This document shows positions 50,389-59,984 of a stretch of DNA of 64,000 nt, piece after piece. Position 1 is the stretch's first letter; the number at the start of each line of letters is the position of its first letter. The stretch comes from Candidatus Bathyarchaeota archaeon (GTDB taxonomy: Archaea; Thermoproteota; CALKCG01; B24; DRYS01): the NCBI GenBank assembly GCA_025058595.1, contig JANXEK010000001.1, positions 16,440-80,439 on the forward strand, written 5' to 3'. Both the position numbers and the translations under genes were made by a program. The notes beneath the pieces are model-generated. The model saw only the letters and a program-made list of their open reading frames with translations. It was not told the DNA's origin and made no database searches.

Positions 50389-50628
50389 TTGAGGTTGATA
50401 AAGGCTATCGTATTGATAACGGCTAGACCGGGCTTCTTCGAAACGTTAAACCTAGAGCTTAGTAAAGCTAAAGGTGTTAAATCAGTTATAGCTACACTCG
50501 GACGTTGGGATTTCGTAGTAGAATTAGAAGCCGAAGATTTGAATAATCTAGAGGAAAACGTACTTAAGCTAGCTCAAACTAGAGGCGTTAAATCTACGGA
50601 GACCCTCATAGCGTTTCCGTCGGTTTAA
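50389..50628 (+). CDS. stand-alone RAM-domain (Lrp/AsnC ligand-binding-like) protein
   Basis: A 79 aa beta-alpha-beta-beta-alpha-beta pattern with the C-terminal GVKSTETLIAF motif. Confidence 0.65.
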   Translation: MRLIKAIVLITARPGFFETLNLELSKAKGVKSVIATLGRWDFVVELEAEDLNNLEENVLKLAQTRGVKSTETLIAFPSV

Positions 50629-50642
50629 TATGGTGATCTACG

Positions 50643-50870
50643 ATGAGAGCTGTGATCCTTGTTAAACTCGAACCGAAAGGTGTCTTAGGTACATTGGAAT
50701 CTGTGAGGAGGATTAAAGGCGTTACCAAAGCATTCTTCACGTTCGGCAGGTATGATCTAATAGCTTTCGTAGAAGCTCCCGTTTTAGGAGATATATGTCG
50801 TATAGTCCTTGAACTCAATAAACTACCTAACGTGACATCTACAGAGACTCTTCTAGAGCTTCAACCCTAA
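50643..50870 (+). CDS. stand-alone RAM-domain protein (second of tandem pair)
   Basis: A 75 aa protein paralogous to the preceding ORF (NVTSTETLLEL). Confidence 0.65.
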   Translation: MRAVILVKLEPKGVLGTLESVRRIKGVTKAFFTFGRYDLIAFVEAPVLGDICRIVLELNKLPNVTSTETLLELQP

Positions 50871-51577
50871 ATCTGATTGATATACTTCTTCTTTCTCTCT
50901 TCATACTCCTCTCTAGAATAAGATAGCCTGGCAGGTCTACCCTTAACTACATTGTACGGTTCAACATCTCTCGTAACCAGTGAGCCCGCAGCTACGACTG
51001 CTCCCTCACCTATAACCACCCCCGGTAGTATCATAGCTCCAGCACCTATGATGGCGCCGCGACGTATCTTAGCGCCTATCAACTTACCACTGGGAGGATA
51101 TTTATCGTTCAAAACCACAGCGTATGGTCCTAAGAATACACCGTCCTCGATAACGGTACCGGGTGGAATGTAGCATCCAGTTTGTATGCTAACCTTCTCC
51201 CCTATCTCCACATATCCATCTATAACTGTATGGGAGCCTATACGTGTGGAGCAGCCTATACTCACAAATTCTCTTATAAGCGTATCATGACCTATCTCTA
51301 CTTCGTCGCTCATAGTAACGCCTTCATATATTACGGAGTGTGACCTAACTATACACCTGCGACCTATGTGGCAACCACTACTAACCTCATCTAGAGATTC
51401 ATAGCTTACCCTACCCTCCTGGATAAGCTTTACGAGCTTAGATCTCATAGGATACCCTAGGATCGTATGAGAATCTATAAAACTATCATCACCGATTACA
51501 TCTGCACCTAGCACTATACAATTTAACCCTATGTAAGCTCTGCCTACTGTAGCTCTCTTAGATACATAGCGCTGCAT
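50867..51577 (-). CDS. left-handed beta-helix (hexapeptide-repeat) acyl/acetyltransferase
   Basis: Repeated [LIV]-G-x4 hexapeptide pattern throughout. Confidence 0.6.
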   Translation of the reverse strand: MQRYVSKRATVGRAYIGLNCIVLGADVIGDDSFIDSHTILGYPMRSKLVKLIQEGRVSYESLDEVSSGCHIGRRCIVRSHSVIYEGVTMSDEVEIGHDTLIREFVSIGCSTRIGSHTVIDGYVEIGEKVSIQTGCYIPPGTVIEDGVFLGPYAVVLNDKYPPSGKLIGAKIRRGAIIGAGAMILPGVVIGEGAVVAAGSLVTRDVEPYNVVKGRPARLSYSREEYEERKKKYINQI

Positions 51578-51687
51578 ACTGTGATATTGTAGATAAGCGA
51601 AAGATATTTTTTCCCTTTGTTATTCACAGCGGTAGAAAGACTAAAATCTCGGTTTAGATTATCGAAATCATCTAGAACTTTGAGTAG

Positions 51688-52167
51688 GTGGATACCTTGA
51701 ACGAGAGGAAAGAGTTGAGGGTGCAGAAAATTAAAGATGGAACTGTTATAGATCATATAACTGCAGGATATGCTTTAGACGTATTGAGGATTCTAGGTTT
51801 AACCGGTAAGGAGGGATTGACGATAAGCGTAGTGATGAATGTGCCAAGCCATAAGCTTGGGTTGAAAGATATAGTTAAAATCGAGGGGAAAGAGCTTTTA
51901 GAGGAGGAAGTACATAAGATCGCTTTAATCGCGCCTAACGCTACGATAAATATAATAAGGGATTACGAAGTTCTATCGAAGATGAAGGTTAAGATACCTG
52001 ACAACCTGATAGGTCTTGTTAAATGCGGTAATCCATCATGTATAACGAATAGCCGTGAACCTATCAAGCCTGTCTTCCATGTGATATCTAGGGATCCGCT
52101 TCTAATACAATGCTATTACTGCCGTAGGATTATGGATAGAAGTGAAGCTCTTCTCAATCTGATTTAA
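51688..52167 (+). CDS. pyrI: aspartate carbamoyltransferase regulatory subunit PyrI
   Basis: LRVQKIKDGTVIDHI allosteric domain and a C-terminal Zn domain (CGNPSC ... CYYC). Confidence 0.8.
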   Translation: MDTLNERKELRVQKIKDGTVIDHITAGYALDVLRILGLTGKEGLTISVVMNVPSHKLGLKDIVKIEGKELLEEEVHKIALIAPNATINIIRDYEVLSKMKVKIPDNLIGLVKCGNPSCITNSREPIKPVFHVISRDPLLIQCYYCRRIMDRSEALLNLI

Positions 52168-54395
52168 CGAGAACCACTAAACCTTATTAAAACATCCCTC
52201 ATATTATCTGGGAGGATATGCTCGCCTATATACGATGCTCCGATTTTAACATATCTTGTAAGACTTCTAGAAGACTTACATTCTTGACATATATCGGTGA
52301 ATCCTTTAAACCATCTGTGACATACGTTACAATACGTAAATCTAAATCCGTAACTATACCATCTCAGATCATAGTTTTCTGAGATCTCTAGTGTTAGATC
52401 CTTTAAAGCCTCTAGATCGTCAGCTTCATCTTCTCCTAAGGGAATCACGGCTAGAGCCCCCTCAATCTTCCTATGGAATTCTGCTTCTATTCTCACTCTA
52501 TTTATCGTAGATATATCTATGTCAAAAGGTAGAAGTGAGCCAGATGTGTAGAAGGGTCTAAATGTATCCTTATACTCTTTAGCTTTACCATAGTATAATC
52601 GATCCATATCAGCGAGTCTAGTTGAAGCGTCTATATCCGCTATACTAGATAAAGCTATTCTAGCCTTCACTTCTTGTTCTATACTTTTCATGATCTCATC
52701 TAGGTAGCTTATAATCCTCCATACATACTCTAGCGTTTCGTCTTCTACGAAGCTTCTCGAACCAGTAACCAACGCTGCAGCTTCGAGGAGACCGACTAAA
52801 TTTAAACTACACCTATATTCCTTAAAGTTGGAATATGGATTAACCCCGCCGAATATGGTTGGAAGAAGGTTTGCAGATATATTAGATGAAAGAACGCTAT
52901 ATCTAGCCATTAAGGAATCTACGGCATCCCTACATATTTTCTCTAATCTACGAGCGAATATACTCTCCCTTCCATGCGATTCGTATGACGCTCTAGGAAT
53001 ATTCAACGATATCCCTCCGATCCATACCTTTCTCAGGAGAGCACATTCTATTACCCCTTCATCAGGCTTAATCCATACACCTTCAGACGACGTGATACCC
53101 TGAGTCTTAGTTAAGTTCGAGAAGGTTACTTCTCCACCTAGAGATATAATCTTATGTATGTGAAACAATATTTCTTCATCCAAGCTTCCTCTAAGTTTAA
53201 CTATAAGGCGTGGTAGACGCCCTCTAAACCCATCGAAAGCTATCAATTTCTCGTAACATTTTAGTAAAGCTTTAAGAAGACGGTAAGATTCATCGTATAG
53301 ATCACCGTATCTAATCTTCTTCCCAGGCACTCTTTTTCCCTCCATGAAATCGGGTATACCTAACTCAAGTCCCAGCGATATCGTAGATTTCAGATCGGAA
53401 AGACCTATGAGAAATGATGAAAGACTATCGTCTATTTCGCTATCTTTAACGCCTGCGATATATGGCGCCAGGTATACATTGAAGTACTCCAGAATCTGTT
53501 CTTCACGTATCTCATGATACGCATCCCTTAAAAACTTAGATATACATGCTAAGGATAAGGTTAACTTCCCCTCTTCAGATATAGCTGTTAATATCGACGC
53601 GTATCTATCTAGGATCTCCTCGATATCATGCAATATTATATCCGGGTGGAGTATCCACGATCCGGGCTTCTTGATATCTATATATCCTGAAAGATGAGAG
53701 TCAGCAACCCTTCTAGGTAGAACATCGAGAAGTACATATTCTCTGAGTACAGCTTCACCTGCCCTCTCTCTAACATCCCTAACAATACCGCTTTTAATAC
53801 CTACATCTTGAAAACTCTTCTTCACATCATAGACTGGTAAACCTAGTCTAGTAAGCCTATGTCTATACTCCTCCATACCTTCTTCTATCAGTATAGCGTT
53901 CACAAATTCTCTGATCAGCGGAGCCGTAAGGTATTTTACTCTTAGATCTAAAAGCCTCTCTTCAGCTTTCCTAGCTATTCTTTCGGCTACATCTTGAGGC
54001 AACTGCGCTTCTTTGACGAGCGAATCGACGATACGATTTCGGTCAAATTCTTCTATAGTCGTACGCGATGTCCTTACTAAAAGTCTCGTACTAACTCTGA
54101 GAGCATACTCTTCGATCTCACGTGTAAGTTCGTATACTTTCCATCCTAGATCTGTAAGCTGATACTTCCTACCCTCTTTAGATAGAGTTATGAGGTTAGC
54201 TGATTGAATTTTCTTGAGGTGGTATGCGAATCTGCCTGCATGTTTGACAGGATCCAGATTCAACCTATCCATAAGTTCGCTGTAGGAGAGAGGCCCTTCC
54301 TCATGTAGTAGTCTAAGTATCTCGATCCTTATGCTAGAAGCTAGGGCTTCAAGGATCCTCGTACCAAGCTTCTTGGGCAACTTACTGGAGGACAA
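52164..54395 (-). CDS. wHTH (ArsR-like) + ATP-cone + large NrdD-like (class III anaerobic ribonucleotide reductase-like) domain with C-terminal zinc ribbon
   Basis: ArsR-type wHTH in the first 90 aa and an ATP-cone from ~100-190 (IEEFDRNRIVDSL ... VAERIARKAEE). NrdD-like motifs HLSGYIDI, GGISLNIPR and GGVNPYSN appear. The protein ends C-x2-C-x10-C-x2-C then TRYVKIGASYIG (compare NrdD TRRVCGYLG). Confidence 0.5.
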   Translation of the reverse strand: MSSSKLPKKLGTRILEALASSIRIEILRLLHEEGPLSYSELMDRLNLDPVKHAGRFAYHLKKIQSANLITLSKEGRKYQLTDLGWKVYELTREIEEYALRVSTRLLVRTSRTTIEEFDRNRIVDSLVKEAQLPQDVAERIARKAEERLLDLRVKYLTAPLIREFVNAILIEEGMEEYRHRLTRLGLPVYDVKKSFQDVGIKSGIVRDVRERAGEAVLREYVLLDVLPRRVADSHLSGYIDIKKPGSWILHPDIILHDIEEILDRYASILTAISEEGKLTLSLACISKFLRDAYHEIREEQILEYFNVYLAPYIAGVKDSEIDDSLSSFLIGLSDLKSTISLGLELGIPDFMEGKRVPGKKIRYGDLYDESYRLLKALLKCYEKLIAFDGFRGRLPRLIVKLRGSLDEEILFHIHKIISLGGEVTFSNLTKTQGITSSEGVWIKPDEGVIECALLRKVWIGGISLNIPRASYESHGRESIFARRLEKICRDAVDSLMARYSVLSSNISANLLPTIFGGVNPYSNFKEYRCSLNLVGLLEAAALVTGSRSFVEDETLEYVWRIISYLDEIMKSIEQEVKARIALSSIADIDASTRLADMDRLYYGKAKEYKDTFRPFYTSGSLLPFDIDISTINRVRIEAEFHRKIEGALAVIPLGEDEADDLEALKDLTLEISENYDLRWYSYGFRFTYCNVCHRWFKGFTDICQECKSSRSLTRYVKIGASYIGEHILPDNMRDVLIRFSGSR

Positions 54396-54439
54396 CGGAT
54401 AACCCCATCCACTTTAGATTCTTCCGTCATGTTTATACC

Positions 54440-55156
54440 TTGAATAGCTTAATTAAAGTTATCCGAGCTTTGAAGGATCGACGTGTCATATTAAGGATAG
54501 GGGGGTCTATCATAGCATCACCTATAGATCCGACCGTAGTATATACGTATTCATCTACGGTGAGGAGGATCCTAAACGCAGGCTATAGATTAGCGATAGT
54601 GATCGGAGGAGGGGGGTTCGCACGAAACCTGATAGATATAGCTGAAAAGCTAGGATTAGCGGAGGAGGATAAGGATGAGCTTGCTATAGAAGCCTCCCGT
54701 ATAGTAGCTCTATTATTCTCGAAGTGCTTGAAGGATCTAACGAATGGTGTTGTAGCTAAAAGCTTAGAAGAAGCTAGGATTATGTTCGATTCAGGGATAC
54801 TTACAGTTATGGGTGGTTTGAAGCCTGGTATGACGACAGATTCTGTCGCCATACTACTAGCTAGAGAGCTAAGGGCAGATACGATAATTAAAGCATCGAA
54901 GGTGGATGGCATATACGATAGGGATCCGAATATCTATAGGGATGCGAGGAAACTATCTAGGATCAAGATTAGCGAGTTAAAATCGATATTCTCGGATGAT
55001 AGGCATAAAGCGGGTATAAGCCGAGTTATAGATCCTGAGGCATGCCGACTACTATTAGAGACTCCGTTTAAATTCATAGTTGTATCGGGATTGAACCCGG
55101 AGAATATAGTTAAAGCCCTTGAAGGATGCCCTGTAGGTTCGATAGTAGAACCCTAG
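54440..55156 (+). CDS. pyrH: UMP kinase (archaeal type)
   Basis: Amino-acid-kinase fold (ILRIGGSI ... IVIGGGGFAR) at ~238 aa. Confidence 0.7.
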   Translation: MNSLIKVIRALKDRRVILRIGGSIIASPIDPTVVYTYSSTVRRILNAGYRLAIVIGGGGFARNLIDIAEKLGLAEEDKDELAIEASRIVALLFSKCLKDLTNGVVAKSLEEARIMFDSGILTVMGGLKPGMTTDSVAILLARELRADTIIKASKVDGIYDRDPNIYRDARKLSRIKISELKSIFSDDRHKAGISRVIDPEACRLLLETPFKFIVVSGLNPENIVKALEGCPVGSIVEP

Positions 55157-55929
55157 CTTATGTAAGTTAACCTTCCTCTATCGGTTATCCTAGCTGATTC
55201 AGATAGCTGTCTCAATTCTTCCAACGTTTCTTCAAATCCGCGTAGAGTCTGGGATAGTTTAGCCGCGTATACTTCTAGATCGCTTACATCTATATCTATA
55301 CCCGTATACCTAGATACGAAGAGTACTGCTTCCCTAGCAGCCACCACATCTGGATAGTAGCCAGGTGTTTCGACTAAAACGGCGATACCTTTCATATCGT
55401 AAAATTTGGCTATACCGAGTATCACTCCTGCTAAACCTACTATAGGGCTACCTATACGTCCAACTTCTACACCCATCGATATAGCTTCTCCGACTACCTC
55501 CGGATCTGTACCTGCTACATATAGCTTAGGCCGGCCATCCACATAGGCTTCATAACCACCTATGCATAATATCCTTCTAGCTCCTAGTCTACGTGTAAAC
55601 CCTAGTATCGTCGATGCAAGTTTATACTGACCTTCAACAGTTTGAGCTTGACTATCGCCGGATACGAGTATGATACTTCGCCCGTCGTTCGGTTTCGACC
55701 AGTGGTAGAATGATGCCCCGAGGAGCCTAGCCTCGCCATACGAATCTACCAATACATGCTGCGGGAAGTACGGCGTGTAGAGTCTAGCGAATTCTATAGC
55801 TTGAAGCTTCTCCACAATGTAATCGACCGTTATCCTACCTATATACCCCAAACCGGGGAAGCCTTCTATAACTAACGGATTGTTAAACTCTAGATTACGT
55901 TTAACCCAGATTACTACCGGCTTTCGCAA
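55153..55929 (-). CDS. PAC2-family proteasome assembly chaperone (PbaA-like)
   Basis: VIEGFPGLGYIGRI N-terminal motif, and the conserved neighbourhood with nop10/eif2a. Confidence 0.6.
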   Translation of the reverse strand: MRKPVVIWVKRNLEFNNPLVIEGFPGLGYIGRITVDYIVEKLQAIEFARLYTPYFPQHVLVDSYGEARLLGASFYHWSKPNDGRSIILVSGDSQAQTVEGQYKLASTILGFTRRLGARRILCIGGYEAYVDGRPKLYVAGTDPEVVGEAISMGVEVGRIGSPIVGLAGVILGIAKFYDMKGIAVLVETPGYYPDVVAAREAVLFVSRYTGIDIDVSDLEVYAAKLSQTLRGFEETLEELRQLSESARITDRGRLTYIS

Positions 55930-56083
55930 TCTCTCTCATCCTCCTCCTATACTCTCTATACTTATCATATATAGAGGTTTTCGGCGGATGAGGTACTCTA
56001 ACCTCTCCACCGCAATAGGGACATTTCTCTTTACTGAGCGTATACCTACCGCAACCTACGCATCTCCTTAAAAGCCATACCAT
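55901..56083 (-). CDS. nop10: H/ACA RNP protein Nop10
   Basis: A 60 aa zinc ribbon (CVGCG ... CPYCG) followed by HPPKTSIYDKY. Confidence 0.8.
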   Translation of the reverse strand: MVWLLRRCVGCGRYTLSKEKCPYCGGEVRVPHPPKTSIYDKYREYRRRMREIAKAGSNLG

Positions 56084-56085
56084 CG

Positions 56086-56883
56086 CTACCTCTCCTCTAT
56101 ATACTTGAAGTTGCCTCCAAACTTCTCTACAGCCGATCGTAATCTATCTACAACCCTCTTCAGAAATCTGGCTGCTAAGCTATAATCGCTTCCCACTATT
56201 TCGATCCTATACCTAGGAGCTCCGATAGTATATGCTCTAATATCCTCGATTCCCTCAGGTTTCTTCAGTTTAAAAGCATAGTCAAAGGCTTTCTTAAGTT
56301 TCTCTACACCGTCGCTTTCGTAGAAGTATACTTCGCATATACCTGAAACCTCAACCTTCTTTACAGAGATCTTCTCCTTAGCGATACGCTCTATAGCTTT
56401 TACTAAATCCTCCGGCAGACCAAGTCTACTGAGAGCTTCAACCCCCTTCTCTACGACCGCTTCGAATAAACCGTAAAAATCTTCGAATTCCCCCTTTATA
56501 GCATCGCCATATCGAAGTACAACTTCTTCGTAGCTTAATCCCGTATCTCTACAAGCTCTAGCTAAAAGCATCGATCCGCTTCTTTTCCTCTTCCAAATCT
56601 TTAGCGTCTTCCTCCTCTCAGATTCCGTAACCCTCCTCAGGGATAGGTCTATATGCGCTTTTTCCGGATCAACCCTAATAATCTTCACGACGACTTTCCT
56701 ACCTTCTTCCACGTAATCTCTTATACTTCTAACCCATGTAGTCGATACTTCGGATACATGTAAGAAACCTATCCTTCCACCGTACTCATCCAACGCGATA
56801 TAAGCACCGTAATCGTATACGTTCTTGACGGTGCCTATCGTGACCTCACCTACTTCAGGCCATTCACCGTTCATACCGAACAC
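56086..56883 (-). CDS. eif2a: translation initiation factor aIF2 alpha subunit
   Basis: N-terminal S1 domain (GEVTIGTVKNVYDYGAYIALDEY) at ~265 aa. Confidence 0.85.
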   Translation of the reverse strand: MFGMNGEWPEVGEVTIGTVKNVYDYGAYIALDEYGGRIGFLHVSEVSTTWVRSIRDYVEEGRKVVVKIIRVDPEKAHIDLSLRRVTESERRKTLKIWKRKRSGSMLLARACRDTGLSYEEVVLRYGDAIKGEFEDFYGLFEAVVEKGVEALSRLGLPEDLVKAIERIAKEKISVKKVEVSGICEVYFYESDGVEKLKKAFDYAFKLKKPEGIEDIRAYTIGAPRYRIEIVGSDYSLAARFLKRVVDRLRSAVEKFGGNFKYIEER

Positions 56884-56884
56884 C

Positions 56885-57082
56885 TTATGGTAGATACTCC
56901 AGTATCTCCGCGAGTATCTTCCCTTTACCGCCTCTAGGTTCGGCTAATACCTGATCGCATATCCTACACATAACTCTGACCGTAGGTTTCTCGAATATCA
57001 CCTGCTCGTTACCGCAGCTAGGACATTTAACTCTTAAGAATCTACCCCTAGGTTTCGGTATCAACTCTTCATACCTGGCCAT
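56885..57082 (-). CDS. rps27e: ribosomal protein S27e
   Basis: A 65 aa protein with C4 zinc finger VKCPSCGNEQVIF ... CRIC. Confidence 0.85.
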   Translation of the reverse strand: MARYEELIPKPRGRFLRVKCPSCGNEQVIFEKPTVRVMCRICDQVLAEPRGGKGKILAEILEYLP

Positions 57083-57243
57083 ACCTCTTACACCCTGTCG
57101 TACCTCGTTTTCTTTTATCTTTACCCGAAGAAAGGCTTGTATAGCGATCCCCGTATTATAAGCTTATCTATTTCGCCGGTATAGAAAGACAACTATTAAA
57201 TAGTTCTGGGTCATTATAGGATACGTGCGAGTGTGTTAAAGAT

Positions 57244-57549
57244 TTGAACGACGACCTGGTGTACGTCAAGGTATTTAGGTATGGGAAAGAAGTGCTCGTA
57301 GCGGTATGCGATGCAGATCTAATAGGTAAGACGTTGAGGGAGGGAGATCTCGAGGTCTGCATAGATGAAAGATTCTTTAAGGGATCCCTCGTTACGGTCG
57401 AAAAAGCTCTTTCGATACTTGAAACGGCTACTATAGCGAATCTATTCGGAGATAAGATAGTGAATGGGGCGAAGATAAGAGGCCTTATACATGCCGATGC
57501 TATCATAAGGATTTCCGGCGTCCCGCATGCCCAGTTCATAGAGCTTTAG
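57244..57549 (+). CDS. small conserved hypothetical protein (possibly DUF424-type)
   Basis: ORF only; family assignment is from memory and weak. Confidence 0.3.
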   Translation: MNDDLVYVKVFRYGKEVLVAVCDADLIGKTLREGDLEVCIDERFFKGSLVTVEKALSILETATIANLFGDKIVNGAKIRGLIHADAIIRISGVPHAQFIEL

Positions 57550-57648
57550 AGTATCGATTCCATCGCATAAAGGCGTTCCAATCGTTAACATCAATATTTA
57601 TCTTATAGACTGCATCTCTACAATGTAATCTTAGGTGTATGTGAAGGA

Positions 57649-59058
57649 GTGTCTTCTCCTCCGTTACGTTTCCTATTCGAAGTCGAAGCCCCTAGGCATA
57701 GACTACCAGAGCTTATAGGCTTCATCGAGCAGATGGTATCGTTGAAGCTTCGGATACCGCCCTTACTGATACAACGTAGCTTTCACTTAGGCTACAATGT
57801 TATCACGTTTACGTTAAGCTATGGATTTGAGTGGAGTATCTACGTTGTAGTATACATCGATCAAACAGTTGTACTAGATATATATCACTATGGTAACCCT
57901 CCGATCGATACGATCGAGAATGTAAGAGATGCCGTACGTTATGCTATCCGTTCATTCGAAGATCACGTGAGACGTTCATCTATATTCTTAACCTTCGTCG
58001 AGTCTGCTAGCATATACCCCGACAAGTATGCCTCTCGTAAAGGTAGGATTATAGAGAGGCTATTTTCGGATAATATGCTTCCATTCTTTCTGCTTTTCAT
58101 GATGTTAAACATAATGATGTTCGCGATATTCCAATACTATGCCCCCTTCATACTCGTCCTCCTACAATTCATAATCTTGTTGAACGCCGATAAAATAATG
58201 ACTGGTATGGCTGACTGGGCTTTGAACGAGAACCGTAGACGTATACATATAGTTCAGTATGTATTATCACCTCAAGAATATGAGTGGTTCGTATCTAGTT
58301 TTACCTCAGATCGGCTTATGGAGGTTAAGAAAGCTATCTTCGAAGAAACCCTCGCTTTAGGTAGTATACCTGGACCCGAAGTAATCAGCAAAGTTTTTTC
58401 GTTTTATGGATTCCAAGCGTCTCCAGATAAGATAATAGTACGCTCGTTCGATATATTCGATGCCGTAGAAGATGCTAGGACGAAATACAATCTCCCCAGG
58501 GTCAAGCTAGCTTTGATCAATACACTCGTAGCGAATGCAGCGGCTACAGGAATCATACCATGGAAATCAGCGGTTATAGTAACTACGGGTCTTCTAGCTA
58601 AACTCGATAAAACGGAGATCGAAGCGGTTATAGGACACGAACTGAGCCACGTGAAGAATGTAGATCCGTTCATACTTTTCATAGTATCTGTGACGGAGTA
58701 TCTTCTCAGGGTATACGTACTCTACCCGGTAGTTATACTCCTACCGTTCGTATACTTCCCTCTAGCATTCTTCATGATATACTTTGTAGGTAAATTCCTA
58801 GAAGCTAGAGCCGATCTAGAGTCAGCTATTAAACTAGGTAATCCTAAAGCTTTAGCCGAAGCTCTATATAAGATAGGATATTCGAGACTTATACAGGAGA
58901 AAGCTTACGGAGCCAGCTCATGGCTAAATTTCGATCCACATCCACCGTTATATTTCAGGATTAAGAGACTTGAATCTATGACGGGGAAAGAGCGAATCTC
59001 ACATATAACCATTAAATCGATCTACGATGTTCTTAGAGGATTCCTATCTTCAATATGA
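57649..59058 (+). CDS. M48-family (HtpX-like) zinc metalloprotease with ~250 aa N-terminal extension
   Basis: HELSHVKN zinc motif (HExxH) within a multi-TM protein. Confidence 0.6.
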   Translation: MSSPPLRFLFEVEAPRHRLPELIGFIEQMVSLKLRIPPLLIQRSFHLGYNVITFTLSYGFEWSIYVVVYIDQTVVLDIYHYGNPPIDTIENVRDAVRYAIRSFEDHVRRSSIFLTFVESASIYPDKYASRKGRIIERLFSDNMLPFFLLFMMLNIMMFAIFQYYAPFILVLLQFIILLNADKIMTGMADWALNENRRRIHIVQYVLSPQEYEWFVSSFTSDRLMEVKKAIFEETLALGSIPGPEVISKVFSFYGFQASPDKIIVRSFDIFDAVEDARTKYNLPRVKLALINTLVANAAATGIIPWKSAVIVTTGLLAKLDKTEIEAVIGHELSHVKNVDPFILFIVSVTEYLLRVYVLYPVVILLPFVYFPLAFFMIYFVGKFLEARADLESAIKLGNPKALAEALYKIGYSRLIQEKAYGASSWLNFDPHPPLYFRIKRLESMTGKERISHITIKSIYDVLRGFLSSI

Positions 59059-59772
59059 TCCTAGCATACGTATTCTCTTCTCATCTAAACCTAAAGCTTC
59101 CTCGAAACTATGGATAATCCTAGCGGTAACTATCCATGCATGCATCGGCTTAGGATCTATGCATACAACTTCATCCAATAGTTTCAAGGTATCCTCAGAA
59201 AACTCCCCATGGGGGAACCCCCCTACGACTATAGTCGGCCTCCTATACCCTATGAGCCTAGATGCTAATCTGGCTATAGTTTCGGGTTTACCTCTCTCAG
59301 ATAAGCCTACCACGATATCTGGTTTAACCTCCTCGATAAGTACTTTGAGCGTTTCACGATGGAGTACCAATAAAGGTTTCTCCGAATCTGGAGGTACTTT
59401 GCCATATTTGAATAGCTGTCTCACTATACCTTGAAATCTAAGATGGTTTTTAGGTATTCTAACCTCGGGATCTATATGCACCACGTTATTACCATACGCA
59501 TGTACATGAACCTCTAACATACCCTCCCAACATAGAGGCGTCTCTAACGCTGAGAGGAGCATATAGTGGACTATATCTGGCCTACCACGTTTCTCAGAAT
59601 CCTTCAGCTTAAACATAGCATGATGATGGTAACTTCTATCCAATAACACATAGTTTATATCAACCCCGATCTTCCTAGCATATCGTTTTATATCAGGGTG
59701 ACTCTTAAGCTCGTCAGGTATAAGCTCTAAAGCTGATTCAGCAGCTATAAATACAAGCTTCTCGAAGGCCAC
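59050..59772 (-). CDS. nep1: ribosomal RNA small-subunit methyltransferase Nep1 (Emg1, SPOUT)
   Basis: RPDIVHYMLLSALETPL ... VHVH ... RIPKNHLRFQGIVRQL matches the Nep1 core. Confidence 0.75.
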   Translation of the reverse strand: MAFEKLVFIAAESALELIPDELKSHPDIKRYARKIGVDINYVLLDRSYHHHAMFKLKDSEKRGRPDIVHYMLLSALETPLCWEGMLEVHVHAYGNNVVHIDPEVRIPKNHLRFQGIVRQLFKYGKVPPDSEKPLLVLHRETLKVLIEEVKPDIVVGLSERGKPETIARLASRLIGYRRPTIVVGGFPHGEFSEDTLKLLDEVVCIDPKPMHAWIVTARIIHSFEEALGLDEKRIRMLGSY

Positions 59773-59984
59773 GGCATATATCCTATTGGTTCACACTTCT
59801 AAATATCCTTAATCTAGATCTGCAGACAGCTTTCCGGATGAGGTAGAGTTTTTATCGATGTTTGAATCTATACCTACCCTATGCATACGACATTCACTAT
59901 ACTTTTCAGCTATACAGCTTCTAGAAGGATTAGAATAAGATGCTACGATAGAGGGAGACTATATCGTATAGTTTGGTGGGGTAG

